In this document: piece after piece, positions 23,640 to 35,430 of the stretch
Numbering within the stretch: position 1 is the first letter of the stretch
Layout: each line of letters begins with the position of its first letter
Source of the DNA: Octopus bimaculoides
Lineage: Eukaryota
Length of the DNA: 49,784 nucleotides
Reading direction: 5' to 3'
Assembly: GCF_001194135.2 (NCBI RefSeq)
Contig: NC_068984.1
Span: 63,149,133 to 63,198,916, forward strand
Notes under the pieces: generated by a model
Database searches by the model: none
What the model was told of the DNA's origin: nothing
What the model saw: only the letters and a program-made list of their open reading frames with translations
Position numbers and translations under genes: made by a program

Positions 23640-24372
23640 TTAAGAAGAATGTTGTAGACAGCACAGGACAACTAGAATGTGGGGTACATGGAAGTTGTGT
23701 AAACAATGAAAACAACCAATTATAACAATAAAATTCCCTGAAAGAGGAAGACCTCCTAGGACTGCTTGTGGAAAATTGAGTGAAATCGTAGTCATGGTCG
23801 ATGCCAGTGCTGTCTGACTGGCACCCATGCTGGTGGCATGTAAAAAGCACCGTTAGTGCATTGGGCCTCATGGAGGCAGTGACGTCAAGCCAAGTGGGAT
23901 TGTAGTCAGGGCTGATGCCAGTGTAGCATAACTGGCTCACTAAAAGCACCCTTCAGTCGTTGGGCAATATGCCGTGCTTGTGAAGAACTGTTAAACTGAG
24001 TGAACTCATAGTTGTAGCTGATGCCAGTGCCATCTGACTGGCACTGGTGCACATAAAAAGCACCATTTGAGCATTGTGCTTCATAGAGGCAGTGACGGGT
24101 GACCAAGACCCTTCACGATATACAATACTTGTGTTGACCTGGCAAACACATTGAGACGGTAGTCATGGCCGATTATGGTGTCACATAAAAAGTACCCACT
24201 ACACTCTTGGAGTGGTTTGTTTTAGGTAGTGCATGCAGCCATAGAAACCTTGCCAAATCAGATTGGAACCTGGTGCAGAGCTCGGCTTACCAGTTTCCAG
24301 TCAGACCATCCAACCCATACCAGCATGGAAAGTGGATGTTAAACGATGATGAAGATAATGATGATGATGATA
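23640..24372 (+). mobile_element. Longest family C element: RTE-like C-terminal scrap, internal hairpin modules and (GAT)n tail
   Basis: RGRPPRT-like codons near 23745. Three GCCAGT-N8-ACTGGC hairpins, each followed by TAAAA(A)GCACC. 3' end catccaacccataccagcatggaaagtggatgttaaacgatgatga. Confidence 0.7.
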
Positions 24373-24699
24373 AGTTAAGTACTAGGATTCGTATGATTTA
24401 CCTTTTCCCTCAATTTGCTACCCTGTGCTCAATAGAAATGATTATTACAGTCTCTGCCCTTATAAACTATTTCTGTACTAGGTTGTTATTTAAAAAATAT
24501 ATTGAAGTTTTTTAAGTTTCATTTTTGTAATGAATGTAGTGGTTCAAGCCCATTGGCTGAGACCAATAAAGGATTAATGTGCTATAAGATAACAAAGATA
24601 GCTCCAATGTAAGCAACTTTCGCTATCAAAAGAAGCTAAGACATGCCAAAAAATACATTAAGAGCTGGGCTCAGTTTGTTTTACATCTATTGATTGCTC

Positions 24700-24852
24700 T
24701 CTCTGTCTGTCTGTCTCTCTCTGTCTGTCTGTCTCTCTCTGTCTGTCTGTCTCTCTCTGTCTGTCTGTCTCTCTCTGTCTGTCTGTCTCTCTCTGTCTGT
24801 CTGTCTCTCTCCCTCTCTCTCTCTCCCTCTCTCTCTCTCCCTCTCTCTCCCT
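24700..24852. repeat. 18-bp (CTCTCTCTGTCTGTCTGT)n compound microsatellite
   Basis: About 6 units followed by a CT-rich tail; explains the SLSVCL and ERDRQT ORFs. Confidence 0.9.
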
Positions 24853-25519
24853 GTCTTACATGTCCTTTCTTCTTGTTTGGTTGTAGACGTGTTGCGGCAT
24901 TGTCAGATGAATAATGTAAATACAACTCTTGTTTACTTATTTCTACTATTTTAGATTCAATATCAAAATATGTAAATATATTAGTTAATAGCACCGAGTC
25001 TATTGTGCAGTGATGCATATGCACACACTTGGACACATACAAGCAAACAGCACTGCACCATGCCCTTTAATCATAAACAGCGTACTACTGGAACCCTCAC
25101 ACTCACTCAAAATGCTGGAGCTCACTCTGGCTGTTCCTGTAAAGGAGAATATTAAGGATAAGGTATGACAATCATAAGATGTAGCTCAGGGGAATAGGGG
25201 TGTAAAGAGGAAAATAAATTGGGTAAGAGTGATATTGAAATTGATAGATTGGAGTGGCAAAAGGAAACGATTTCAAGAAGAGTGATAACTGTTAGCACAA
25301 AAAAGGACATAATATATGTAGTTCTGCTCTCATGTAATGTGGTAACTTAATGAAAGTGCTGTAGTTAGAAGACTGATGGAAGTTAGAAAGTAAGAGAAGC
25401 TTGACAGACACTGATTGGGTATGGGAGCATAGACATAAGCATAATGCTTTCAGGACCTTACTTTTGCTGTGATGTATGGGTCTTCTGAAACACAGCAAAT
25501 TCATAATCAAATTAACCAT

Positions 25520-26680
25520 TTGTCATCTCCTCTGTGATGCTCAACATTCTGAGGATCATCTTCACTGATTTGCCCCACATCTTCCAAAATCTCCCTCCTC
25601 TACAAGTTCTATCTGCTCTTGGTGATCGTCCTTATACAGTTGTCTTCATATATATGCATTATATGATCATACCAGTGCAGTCTTTGACCTTACACACTAC
25701 ATCTGAATCCACATACGCTCAATTCTTCTCTCAACACATTTGCTTTTTGTTGAACATGCACTCTAGCATTGCATTCAGGGCCCATTTCTCCCTGCCATGT
25801 AGCACTGATGTTCATACATAAGTATCATACAATCTGCTTTTTACTCTGAGATAGAGACCTTTTGTTACCAACAGAGATAACAGCACTTTGAAATTTCTCC
25901 TCTTACTTCTTTTTCAGAACATCCTCACTCAGGTAACAAAAGTTGTCTACTACGTTTTGGGATTCTCCTAGGTATTTGGGAAAATCTGTTTCACATATGT
26001 TCTTAGTGTTTATTATTCCAGTACATTTACCACAGACAAATTCTGTGTTTTCTGTTGACCTTCCTGTGATTCCACAGCATCCCTTGTTTGTGCAGAGTCT
26101 GCATTGAGCACACTGAGTGGAATTTCTGTCTATATCTTTTCTAATTATCATAGAAAACTATTTTCTGAATGGACTAGAGTCCTGCTTATTTTCTTGCTTA
26201 CTATAACTTTGGCTGGGGTTAAGTTAATTTTAAGGTCTTGTTTCGATGCCTACAATTTCTTTATAAATTCTACTACAGATTCAGCTCTAAAAACAAAGTC
26301 ATCAGCATATGTGAGTCCCCATGGTTATAATATCCCCACTTATGACCTGGGGACTGGGATGAATAAGGGGTGTCTGAGAACCAAACCCTAGCGAACTAAA
26401 TTCATTGCTGCACTTATTGCTAACTTTCACTGTGCTGACAGTACCTTTGTATATAGCTTGTATAATCTTTCAAGCCATTTGTCTATTTCTAGCTTTTGCA
26501 GCAACCCTCAAGTCTGAGTACATGGAACTGTGTCAAAAGCTTTCTCCAATGTAATGCCAAGTAAAGTGATTTACATTTGGCTAAATACTTCTACTGCAGT
26601 TACATCACTAGACAGGAGGGTATTAGTATTGCCTCTCTGTTGTTTCACATGACTAAACTATGTAGAACAACAGCTTTTAT
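25520..26680 (-). mobile_element. RTE-clade LINE reverse transcriptase 3' relic
   Basis: Minus translation: RNSTQCAQCRLCTNKGCCGITGR...FVCGKCTG...VVDNFCYL (ORF 25903-26151), then LVTKGLYLRVKSRLYDTYV.TSVLHGREKW and RLHWYDHIM. These are typical RTE thumb/C-terminal motifs. Many frameshifts. Confidence 0.85.
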
Positions 26681-27078
26681 TCTAAGCAAATATTGAAATT
26701 ACAACTGTATTATATTTCTTGACAGGATCTTCTGGCAGGACTTGTTTCAGAACCTTTTTGTTTTCTGTTACGTTTTGGAAGTCTATAGGAATGTAATCTC
26801 TCATTTGATGACATGAAAATCAATAGGGAAATTCATTTCACATTACAGGATTTTGTGTTACGACCAGGTTTTCAGGAACAAATTACTTCTGTAAAGCGAG
26901 AGATACTTGTATATATATGTATGGAACCCATAAAAAATATTATTTTCTTGATACATAGAATCTCATGTTCTTTAGTACTTAGTTGGTCGTGTTCAAGCGA
27001 ACTAATAAGGAAAGGCATTTTCAACAATGATTATTCTTTTTTGTTTCTGTATTCTAACACAGGATAGCTAGGTTACAT

Positions 27079-28350
27079 TATCTTAATTGTCTGAAATGTC
27101 TGATTTTCTTATGTACCTAGTTTGACAGTTGTTAACTCTAATGTTTTATCTTGACAATTCTTTGTTTTACAACATTGAGGACTTACATCATCACTTGTTG
27201 AAATGCAATTCATGGTTCCTGATTATATTGTGAGTTTTCTCTTGTAAATCAATTTTTTTGAACCCATGCAGAGATCAAAAATTCGTGTTGTTTATGGATA
27301 TGAGTTCCATTGTGGAACCAATGCATCCCAGACAGCTCGAAACATCAATGAGGTGTTTGGTGAAGATGTGGCGTATGAGCGAACTGTATGTCGATGGTTT
27401 GAGAAGTTCCAATATGGTGACTTTACTCTTTAGAATCAGCCCTGTGGCAGACCTGAGACAGAGGTGGATAATGATGAGCTGGAAAGTGTAGTGGAAGTGG
27501 ATACATCTTGAATTACGTATGAGTTAGCAGCAAGGTTTGATGTTTCCATTCCAACAGTATTGGACCATCTAAAACAAATCAGCAAGGTAAAGAAGCTGGA
27601 CAAGTGGGTACTACACGAACTGAATGAACATCAAATGATACATCATCTTGAAACTTGCTGTCACTGCATAAAATCGAACCATTTTTGCATCATATTGTTA
27701 CGTGTGATGAAAGATGAATTCTTTTCAACAATAGCAAGCATTCTGCACAGTGGCTGGATAGGTACGAAGTGCCAAAGCACAAGCCAGAAAAGAATATTCA
27801 CAAAAAAAAGCTAACAGTGTCAGTTTGGTGGTCCAGTGCTGGTGTCATCCACTACATCTTAATTAGACCTTATAAGTCAATTACAGCAGATGTATATATC
27901 AACTAATTGGATTAAATGATGAATGAGTGAACATGCAATTAAACAACCAAGATTGGTCAGTAGAAACAGGCCAATTCTTTTGCCAGACAATACTCAACCA
28001 CATATTGCACAAAGAACACTACTCGAGTTACAGGAATTTAATTGGAAGTACTATGTCGTCCACCATATTCACCAGATCTTGCACCAACTGACTATCATGT
28101 TTTCCAAGCATTAGACAACTTTTTTCAAGGAGAAAACTTAAAATCTGAAGAAGATGCATAAACAACCTTTTGTGATTTCATCACCTCTAGCTCTCCAGAA
28201 TTCTTTGCTGCCTGTAAAAATAAGCTACTGATAAAATGGCAAAACTGTGTTGATAATTTAGGTGCATACTTTGATTCACTGCATTGTTTTTTGTTGAAGT
28301 AAAATAACTTTCAGTTCAAAATCAGACATTTGATTCTTAATGACCTGATA
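27079..28350 (+). mobile_element. Nearly full-length decayed mariner (cecropia/Hsmar1-like)
   Basis: YEFHCGTNASQTARNINEVFGED..ERTVCRWFEKF..GRPETEVDNDEL..LDHLKQISKVKKLDKWVLHEL, later PPYSPDLAPTDYH and GAYFD. TIR remnant AAATGTCTGATTTT (27094-27107) is the exact reverse complement of 28318-28331. Confidence 0.92.
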
Positions 28351-29665
28351 GATTGTAGGGTTTAGTCCGAAGATTTAGCTGCTGTTTTAGCACTCGGTGT
28401 GACCTCATAAAGCTGTTACATTTTGGCAGGGAGTTTCTTTTTAATAGTTTTAATTAATTTGAAATTTTAACAGAACTAAAAAAAATAAAAGGTAAGAAGT
28501 TCTAATCGTTATACATTCATTCATAAAAAAATTTCTGAATTTTATCATTATATCATATTTCATTACTTTTCCATGTCTCAGCACGTTTTTTTCTCTAGAT
28601 AATTAAGAATAAATATACTAAATGCATAGTAACTTATTTGAGTAACAAAATTGTTGTTTGTCCAATCTAAAATTTATTATTCTCTACTACACTACACTTC
28701 GAAGTGCAATTAAATTATATTTGAAATTAGAGGTTTGTAATAGCTTATTTAGACTAACATAAAAATAATTATTCAATGTATTAGTATTTTTGAAAAATAC
28801 TATTTTGTTAATATTATCATATTTTTAGTTTCATTGTATTTGGGAGGTTTCAATTTGTTACCTATCTTTGATGTTCTTAGAAAGTATTCTTTTGTCAATT
28901 CTATATTCTTGACTTATTTTGAGGCAATAATTATATGTACTCTATACTCCTTAGCGTTTTTGTTCATAGCCTTGATATTCAATATTTCATGATATTATTT
29001 TGAAGTATTTGTATACTCTTCTGTTGGCATATGTGCTAATAATGAGAACTTTCTTTTTAATCTATTGATTTCTTGTTCATAGCTTTCATTTATTTACTTT
29101 TTATGCTTGTTTGTTTTTACTGTCTGACATTTAATGAGCTCTTTTAAGAAATATTTCTAAGACTGAATAATACTTATATAAACAAATCCTTTTCATACTA
29201 ACATTCACACATTTGTTTATAGTATTACTGTAAATCAAGTTATCATTTTTATCTTCAGTATTTCCTATATTTATGTCTAAAAATTGATTTTATTACTGAC
29301 ACCAAGTTATAGGTAAATTTAAGTACAGATTATATTTCTATAATCATTTCAAGTATTGGGATATTTTGTATATTATCAACAATTCAAAATATATTGTTGA
29401 TGTATCTGTTTGTCTGAGATGACAGAATATACTATTTTCAAGGTTGTACATATAAGATTACCATGGTATATTCTAAAAGAACACATTGTCTTAGTGCACA
29501 TCACCTTTTGAGATGTTAGGAGAAAATTTTGGTTCTACATTTTATAACAGTTCCCAAGATTTGCTGCATTACTAAGAAAAAACACCTTCAATTGTTTCAA
29601 CAAACATATTTGTGAACAATCTCCCAAAGGAAATTTAATGGGAGATTCTTTACAATTGTGTGTCT

Positions 29666-29775
29666 CTTTATATCTATTGCCCTCTTTGATTTCTATTCTA
29701 TTGTAATAGACCTCATTTTCCATTCTTTATATCTATGGCCCTCTATGATTCCTATTCTATTGTAATAGACCTCAT
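29666..29775. repeat. Direct duplication with a 59-bp period (2 copies)
   Basis: ctttatatctat(t/g)gccctct(t/a)tgatt(t/c)ctattctattgtaatagacctcat at 29666 and 29725. Confidence 0.9.
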
Positions 29776-30278
29776 AACCATTTCATGTTGAAAAACTAGT
29801 TTTATAGATACTTCTTTCAAACTATTTTGTTTTTCAGATGTGTGCATATGTAGATTTGAAAATATGTTCTCTAAGAGAACATATTTCAGTGTTCTCTAAC
29901 ACTTAACATAGTTGAGTGGTAGAGAAAGACAGCAAGCTGTTTCTTACAATAAATACATCTAAAAAGGTTTTCCTTAACCCCTAAACTACTATTGTGAACT
30001 CCCAAAATCTTTCTTGTGCCCCAAAAGTCATAAGAACCTGTGATGTTTTTTATGGCTACACCAAGTGCTAAAATAGCAGCTAAATTTTCTTCAGACTAAA
30101 TACTACAATCTAAAAAAAAGGACAATTTAGACCATGTAACCTGTGTTAGAATACAGAGACAAAAAGAGAACAATCATTGCTGAAATACTTTTCCTTGTCA
30201 ATTTGCTTGAACATTACCGACTGAGTACTAAACAACAGCATGAGATTCTATGTATCAACAAAATGTTTTTATGGTTTT

Positions 30279-30320
<42 letters not shown>

Positions 30321-30330
30321 NNNNNNNNNN
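30321..30330. other. Assembly gap (10 N)
   Basis: Directly visible. Confidence 0.99.
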
Positions 30331-30596
30331 TCACATCCCAAAAGGATGGGTGATTAAAATCAAATATTAAGCAACACGGATTTCAAAAGTGATTGCAGTA
30401 CGCACGTTTCATGCTACTTCAATTTATTTAAGTAATGTGAGCATTACCTTAAATGCAATATGAAGAGCAATCTTCAGCTGCACGAAAGAATGTAGAAAAA
30501 AAGACATATTACAAATGTGGCAACATATTAAAACCAAGTGGGAGAGAGCAGAGGAAGAATATATAAGTCCATCTTGACATAGCAGGGTCTATCAGG

Positions 30597-30637
<41 letters not shown>

Positions 30638-30645
30638 CACACATA

Positions 30646-32612
30646 CAGGTATCTCTCACTTTACGGAAGTCACGCATCCCTGAAGATCTGGCTGTAACAC
30701 AAAATCCTGTAATGCAAAAATAGTTTCCCCATTGATTGTCATGTTAACAAGTGAAATTGCATTCCTACAGACATTTTCGAAAAAGGGAGCACCAGAAAAC
30801 AACAACAACAACAACAAAAGCAATATAATCACCTTTATACATGAAAATAATTTCTAAACATACACTATACAATATAGACACATAAAAACACAAAGGCATT
30901 CCCAGAGGAAGACGTTGCAGAATTTATAAGAATTCTAATATCATAAATCGTAATATTGTACGAATATATTCTTACAATAAAAAGATATTGACTACTGTGT
31001 GAGGAGTGGTGGTGGAATGGGCGTTACTAGGAGGAAGATGGACAATATTTACTATTTTATCCTTAATTATCGCCAACATCAAGCTTTGGATAAGTGAAGA
31101 ACTTATCTAAAGTTGTTTGTCTCTTATGATACATCATCTCTTTGTACTGTTCGGTGTAGGAACTGAGCTCATTGTAAACTCTTCTTGTAATTCTTAAGTT
31201 ACGTTCATGATTAGGATCATTATCAGCTAAAACCTGCTGACCTTCCTAACCTTTTAGCACTAATTTTTGTAGTCGATTTGAGTAGTGTAGATGAAGCTTC
31301 CTTTGTCTCATATTTATTTTCAGCTTGTTCTTTTTTTAATAGCATTAGCTCCTCGTTGGATAAACTTTCCCTCTGGCACACGAGCAACTCAATCACATCC
31401 TCCTCTATGAATTCTTCAAATCTTACATTCTTTGCAATTGTCACAATATCTTTTCGAATTTGATGTAGACTTTCTGTTTGAGGAAAATTTATAATATCAC
31501 AGACGATCTGGACAAATACTTTTCGAAGCATAATTCAAAGTTGGAGGTTTCACTTCGTCCCATAATTTAGCTCTATTGTCCACAGCATCCATTATGTTGA
31601 ATTTCTTCCAGAAATCTCTAATTGTAAGTCTATCCTCCCTGTCAATTGCATTCATAAGTTGTTTGAATGTTCTCGTATGATATGCCTTGAAGTTAGCTGT
31701 CACACCTTGATGCATTGGCTGGAGAAAAGAAGTTGTATTCTTATTGATATATTCTTCTTTCACATTATATGAAAAGTCATCTAAATTTGTGGGGTGACTC
31801 AGTGCATTGTCTGGAAGTTTTATATCTAGCACTACACCTTACTATGGCATAACAAAAATCATTTGTAAACCACTTTTTGAAAAGGCTCTTAATCATCCAG
31901 GTTTTCTTATTTGAAGGCCAAATCAGAAGTAGGTTAAACTTTGTGTAACACTTCAAAACTCTTAGATTTTTGGAGCGATACATATGTAGGGGTTTTAATT
32001 TCATATTACCAGAAGCATATTGCCTCCCAAAAGAAGTGTCAGGCGATTTGTGGAAGCTTTAAATCCATGTGTTAATTTTTCTTCTCGAGAAATATAAGTT
32101 CTAGCTGACAAGCATTTCCAGAAAAGTGCACTTTCATCAACATTGTATACTTGCTCGTGTGCGTATTCCCCACTCCCGCAAACAATAATTTTCTTCTTGT
32201 GTTTGGGGTAATTAGTAGCTACCTCTGTATCAGACCGCATGCATCTCTTTAACCTTTCAAACCAGCCTTTACTAGTCAAAAAGAGTTTTTCAATAGAAGT
32301 TTCACCTTCCTTTTTATGTAAATCGTTATATAAATCTTTGGCTTGTTTTTGGATTACTATGTTGTTTATCGGATGATCCTCGATCCATTCACTCAAGGAT
32401 CGTTCCGGGGACTCAACAGATTAGTATATTTTGCACTTGAAATTTTCTCTCTATTGTCACGTATTGTTCCCACTTGAGACAGTGCAAGATTTAACGTTTT
32501 GGCAATATAACATCAAGTCTTTTAAAAACAAATTTAACATCCAGTGGAATGCCTTTGTGGGTCCGTTTTACACTACCCCCTTCATTTCCATTTGATAGTA
32601 TTTTCCAGACAT
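30646..32612 (-). mobile_element. Tigger/pogo-family DNA transposon relic (CENP-B HTH + DDE_1)
   Basis: Broken minus-strand frames: KRTHKGIPLDVK, IAKTLNLA, FLTSKGWFERLK, QVYNVDESALFWK..RTYISREEK..GFKASTNRLTLLLGGN, WPSNKKTWM, DNALSHP, NTTSFLQPMHQGV. One end is TA|CAGGTA at 30644-30651. The other TIR was not located. Confidence 0.92.
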
Positions 32613-33439
32613 GTAAGATTGAAGGTGTAGCAGGACGCGAGTTTGATTTACGCCATTGTAGATTTCAAGTCACGGCGTCATGTGTACAGCCGAGTTATTG
32701 TCCAATCAGAATCCAAGCATCTCGTGAAAGAAAGTTCTAGAAGGACCTGGAACTGTTCCCTCCAATGTTTAAAACGGAGTTAATTTTAGGTGCCAGTTCG
32801 CAGAGTGCTTTAGACATCTGGCCAGAATGATGGTCTCCAACCTCGCCAAGTCGTTCTAACGACTGCATACCTAACCGATATGCAATTGTAGTAGAAGACA
32901 TGTGCATATCTATAGTTCCCCAGTGTTTAATCCAACCCCGGTAGTAAATTTTGATTTCTGGCTACTTCGTATATTTTACTATATTTCTTTCATCTTGCTA
33001 ACTATGTGTATATTTGTAATGCATGAATAGCTTCATATGACTTGTGCAGTGGTAATAAACCATGTTTGACTGTAAGCTTGGAGTTGTTAAATCATTATAC
33101 GTAGCTTTCCGCAAACCAACTAACAACTCATCCCAACAACTTAAGTGTGACCTAAGCAACAGATTTATTGAAAAATTAATATGGTCATTTGGTTATATGT
33201 AGGAACGATACACAGCCTAGCCAAATAATCATAGCCGACTTAACCAAGCTATATTTGGCGACTCCGACTTTTAACACAAGCTATAAAGGTAAATCGAACA
33301 GCAGGGCAATTAATTATCAACAATAAATACGTAATTAAAAACAAAATTGTCCCTGGAAAGATCAGCGGAAAATTGTCTTGAAAATGAGATGAAAAGGTGG
33401 AGAACTGAGAGAGAGAAAGCACTATATGATAATAGTTAG

Positions 33440-33700
33440 CTGAAGTGCCACCAGATTTTATTGGCAGTTCGTCACGTGCACTACTGACACACGACATAAA
33501 CACACACACACAGACAAATATACACATACACACGCGCGCGTACTCGCACGCACAAACACAATCACTCATACCCACAATCACACACATGTGTCGGCGTACA
33601 TGCTGATACCTGTTGTAGCCAGTTGAATTCAAAAGAAGGTGGGTTGAAAGCGATGATAATGTGAATTACTTCGGTTTAGATGTTATGGATGGTGAGTGGT
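33440..33700 (+). promoter_or_regulatory. Candidate promoter / first exon
   Basis: CpG-rich. Reverse CCAAT (ATTGG 33460-33464), GTCACGTG (33471-33478) and a consensus donor ATG|GTGAGT at 33691/33692. Motif co-occurrence only. Confidence 0.25.
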
Positions 33701-33974
33701 TACTGTTGGGAGTGTGGTAGTCATATTTTTCTTGCTAATTGTATTGTTGCGGCTGTTTAGTTCCAAGTCATCCTCATAGACATAAGATCAAAGCCATTTC
33801 ATTCAACTTTTAATATACACTAGGATACCACATTGTGTGTTTTTATTTGAAATGGACTTGCTTATTTTCTTCATACTATATATTATTGTTGCTATTGGTA
33901 GCTGTGTTGCTGTCGATGATTGAACCCCATAGGTATTTATACATACACACTTTTCACACACACACACACACACA

Positions 33975-34097
33975 TTATTTAATTCTTTTATTGTTTCAGT
34001 CATTTGACTGCGGCTATGATGGAGCACTGCTTTTAGTCGAATAAATCGACCCCGGGACTTATTCTTTGTAAGCTTAGTACTTATTCTATCGGTCTCT
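33975..34097 (+). mobile_element. SINE-type repeat, family D (young copy)
   Basis: ttattgtttcagtcatttgactgcggctatgatggagcactgcttttagtcgaataaatcgaccccgggacttattc...gtacttattctatcggtctc, with CpGs intact. Confidence 0.8.
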
Positions 34098-34196
34098 AAA
34101 CTTCTAACCTCCCCAGCGGGGAATATATATATATATATATATATATATAGCTGATATTTAGCAAGGTGAGACACACATAAGAAAGAAGGAAACAAA

Positions 34197-34241
34197 GGAC
34201 CACTGATGAGGTCACAGAAGTGTGACGAAAGAACTCTGGCC
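34197..34241 (+). ncRNA. Minimal type I hammerhead ribozyme motif (PLE-type)
   Basis: GGACCA-CTGATGA-G-GTCACA(gaag)TGTGAC-GAAA-GAACTC-TGGCC: intact CUGAUGA and GAAA cores, a perfect 6-bp stem II, a CUC triplet before stem I CCA/UGG, and a very short stem III. Confidence 0.75.
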
Positions 34242-34265
34242 GAAATAAGATTAAGATTAATGTAA

Positions 34266-34666
34266 NNNNNNNNNNNNNNNNNNNNNNNNNNNNNNNNNNN
34301 NNNNNNNNNNNNNNNNNNNNNNNNNNNNNNNNNNNNNNNNNNNNNNNNNNNNNNNNNNNNNNNNNNNNNNNNNNNNNNNNNNNNNNNNNNNNNNNNNNNN
34401 NNNNNNNNNNNNNNNNNNNNNNNNNNNNNNNNNNNNNNNNNNNNNNNNNNNNNNNNNNNNNNNNNNNNNNNNNNNNNNNNNNNNNNNNNNNNNNNNNNNN
34501 NNNNNNNNNNNNNNNNNNNNNNNNNNNNNNNNNNNNNNNNNNNNNNNNNNNNNNNNNNNNNNNNNNNNNNNNNNNNNNNNNNNNNNNNNNNNNNNNNNNN
34601 NNNNNNNNNNNNNNNNNNNNNNNNNNNNNNNNNNNNNNNNNNNNNNNNNNNNNNNNNNNNNNNNNN
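34266..34666. other. Assembly gap (N run)
   Basis: Directly visible. Confidence 0.99.
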
Positions 34667-34804
34667 GAATAACCTCTCTATAACTGGAGGAAAAATACAG
34701 TCAGTTTTGTAAACAAAAACTATTTGTTCGTGAAGGCATGTTGCAGGCAGGACGGAGTTATATTTGTAGATCATGCGGTGAGACTACTCAACGAATGGAG
34801 TATT

Positions 34805-35430
34805 TCAAGTTTGTAGTTGGAAACGTTTTAGATGTGGGCACTGACTAAACATTTCTTTTCCGGAGTTTTAAAGGATCGCTGGCTCGACCAAGTTTTTTAC
34901 GATTCTCTCTCTCTCCCTCTCCCCCCTCTCTCTCTACCAAGCAAAGCCTACATCGTTTGCTCCCATTTATATAAGTATCTAGTTGTTCAAGGATCTTCCA
35001 TTTGATCATGTATGGGGGTTCCTTCCTCTTTTAACATGGCCATGGAAATGATATGCCTTTCTAGTACCCTAAAATAAGACTTGTGGTGGTTCGGACGTTG
35101 CTTAAATATGCCGATCGAACCGACATATTTTCGTGTCGGTGTATTATGTGTGCTGCTACTGCTGATGTTTCTTTCGTTAACTCTGTGTCTGATGTCATTA
35201 TTGTTGTTGCTGGAATCGCTGCCGGTGCTGATATTCTTGGACGTGATTTTAATGGTTCCTTTGCTGTTGGCGTAGCACTTTATAGGCGTGAAACCAATGA
35301 GGCCGAACAACTATTATTCTACTGCTCACTTACGGCTCTCTGTATTTCTGAGCTTTTGTAGATCTTGGGTAATCCATAAAAATTCCTGTTTTTAATTTCA
35401 GGGTTATCAGTTAATTAATGTTCTGGTTTT
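34805..35430 (-). mobile_element. Penelope-like relic: short RT fragment joined to a GIY-YIG endonuclease C-terminus
   Basis: NFYGLPKIYKSSEIQRAVSEQ (from 35384); KYVGSIGIFKQRPNHHKSYFR (from 35130); IKWKILEQ..YINGSKRCRLCLVE (35006-34932); EMFSQCPHLKRFQLQT* (34855-34805). Interrupted by a (GA)n tract. Confidence 0.85.

Noticed and set aside
35081-35275. Hydrophobic 64-aa + strand ORF as a small membrane protein
   Set aside because: It is the antisense shadow of the S/N/T-rich linker preceding the PLE GIY-YIG motifs on the minus strand.
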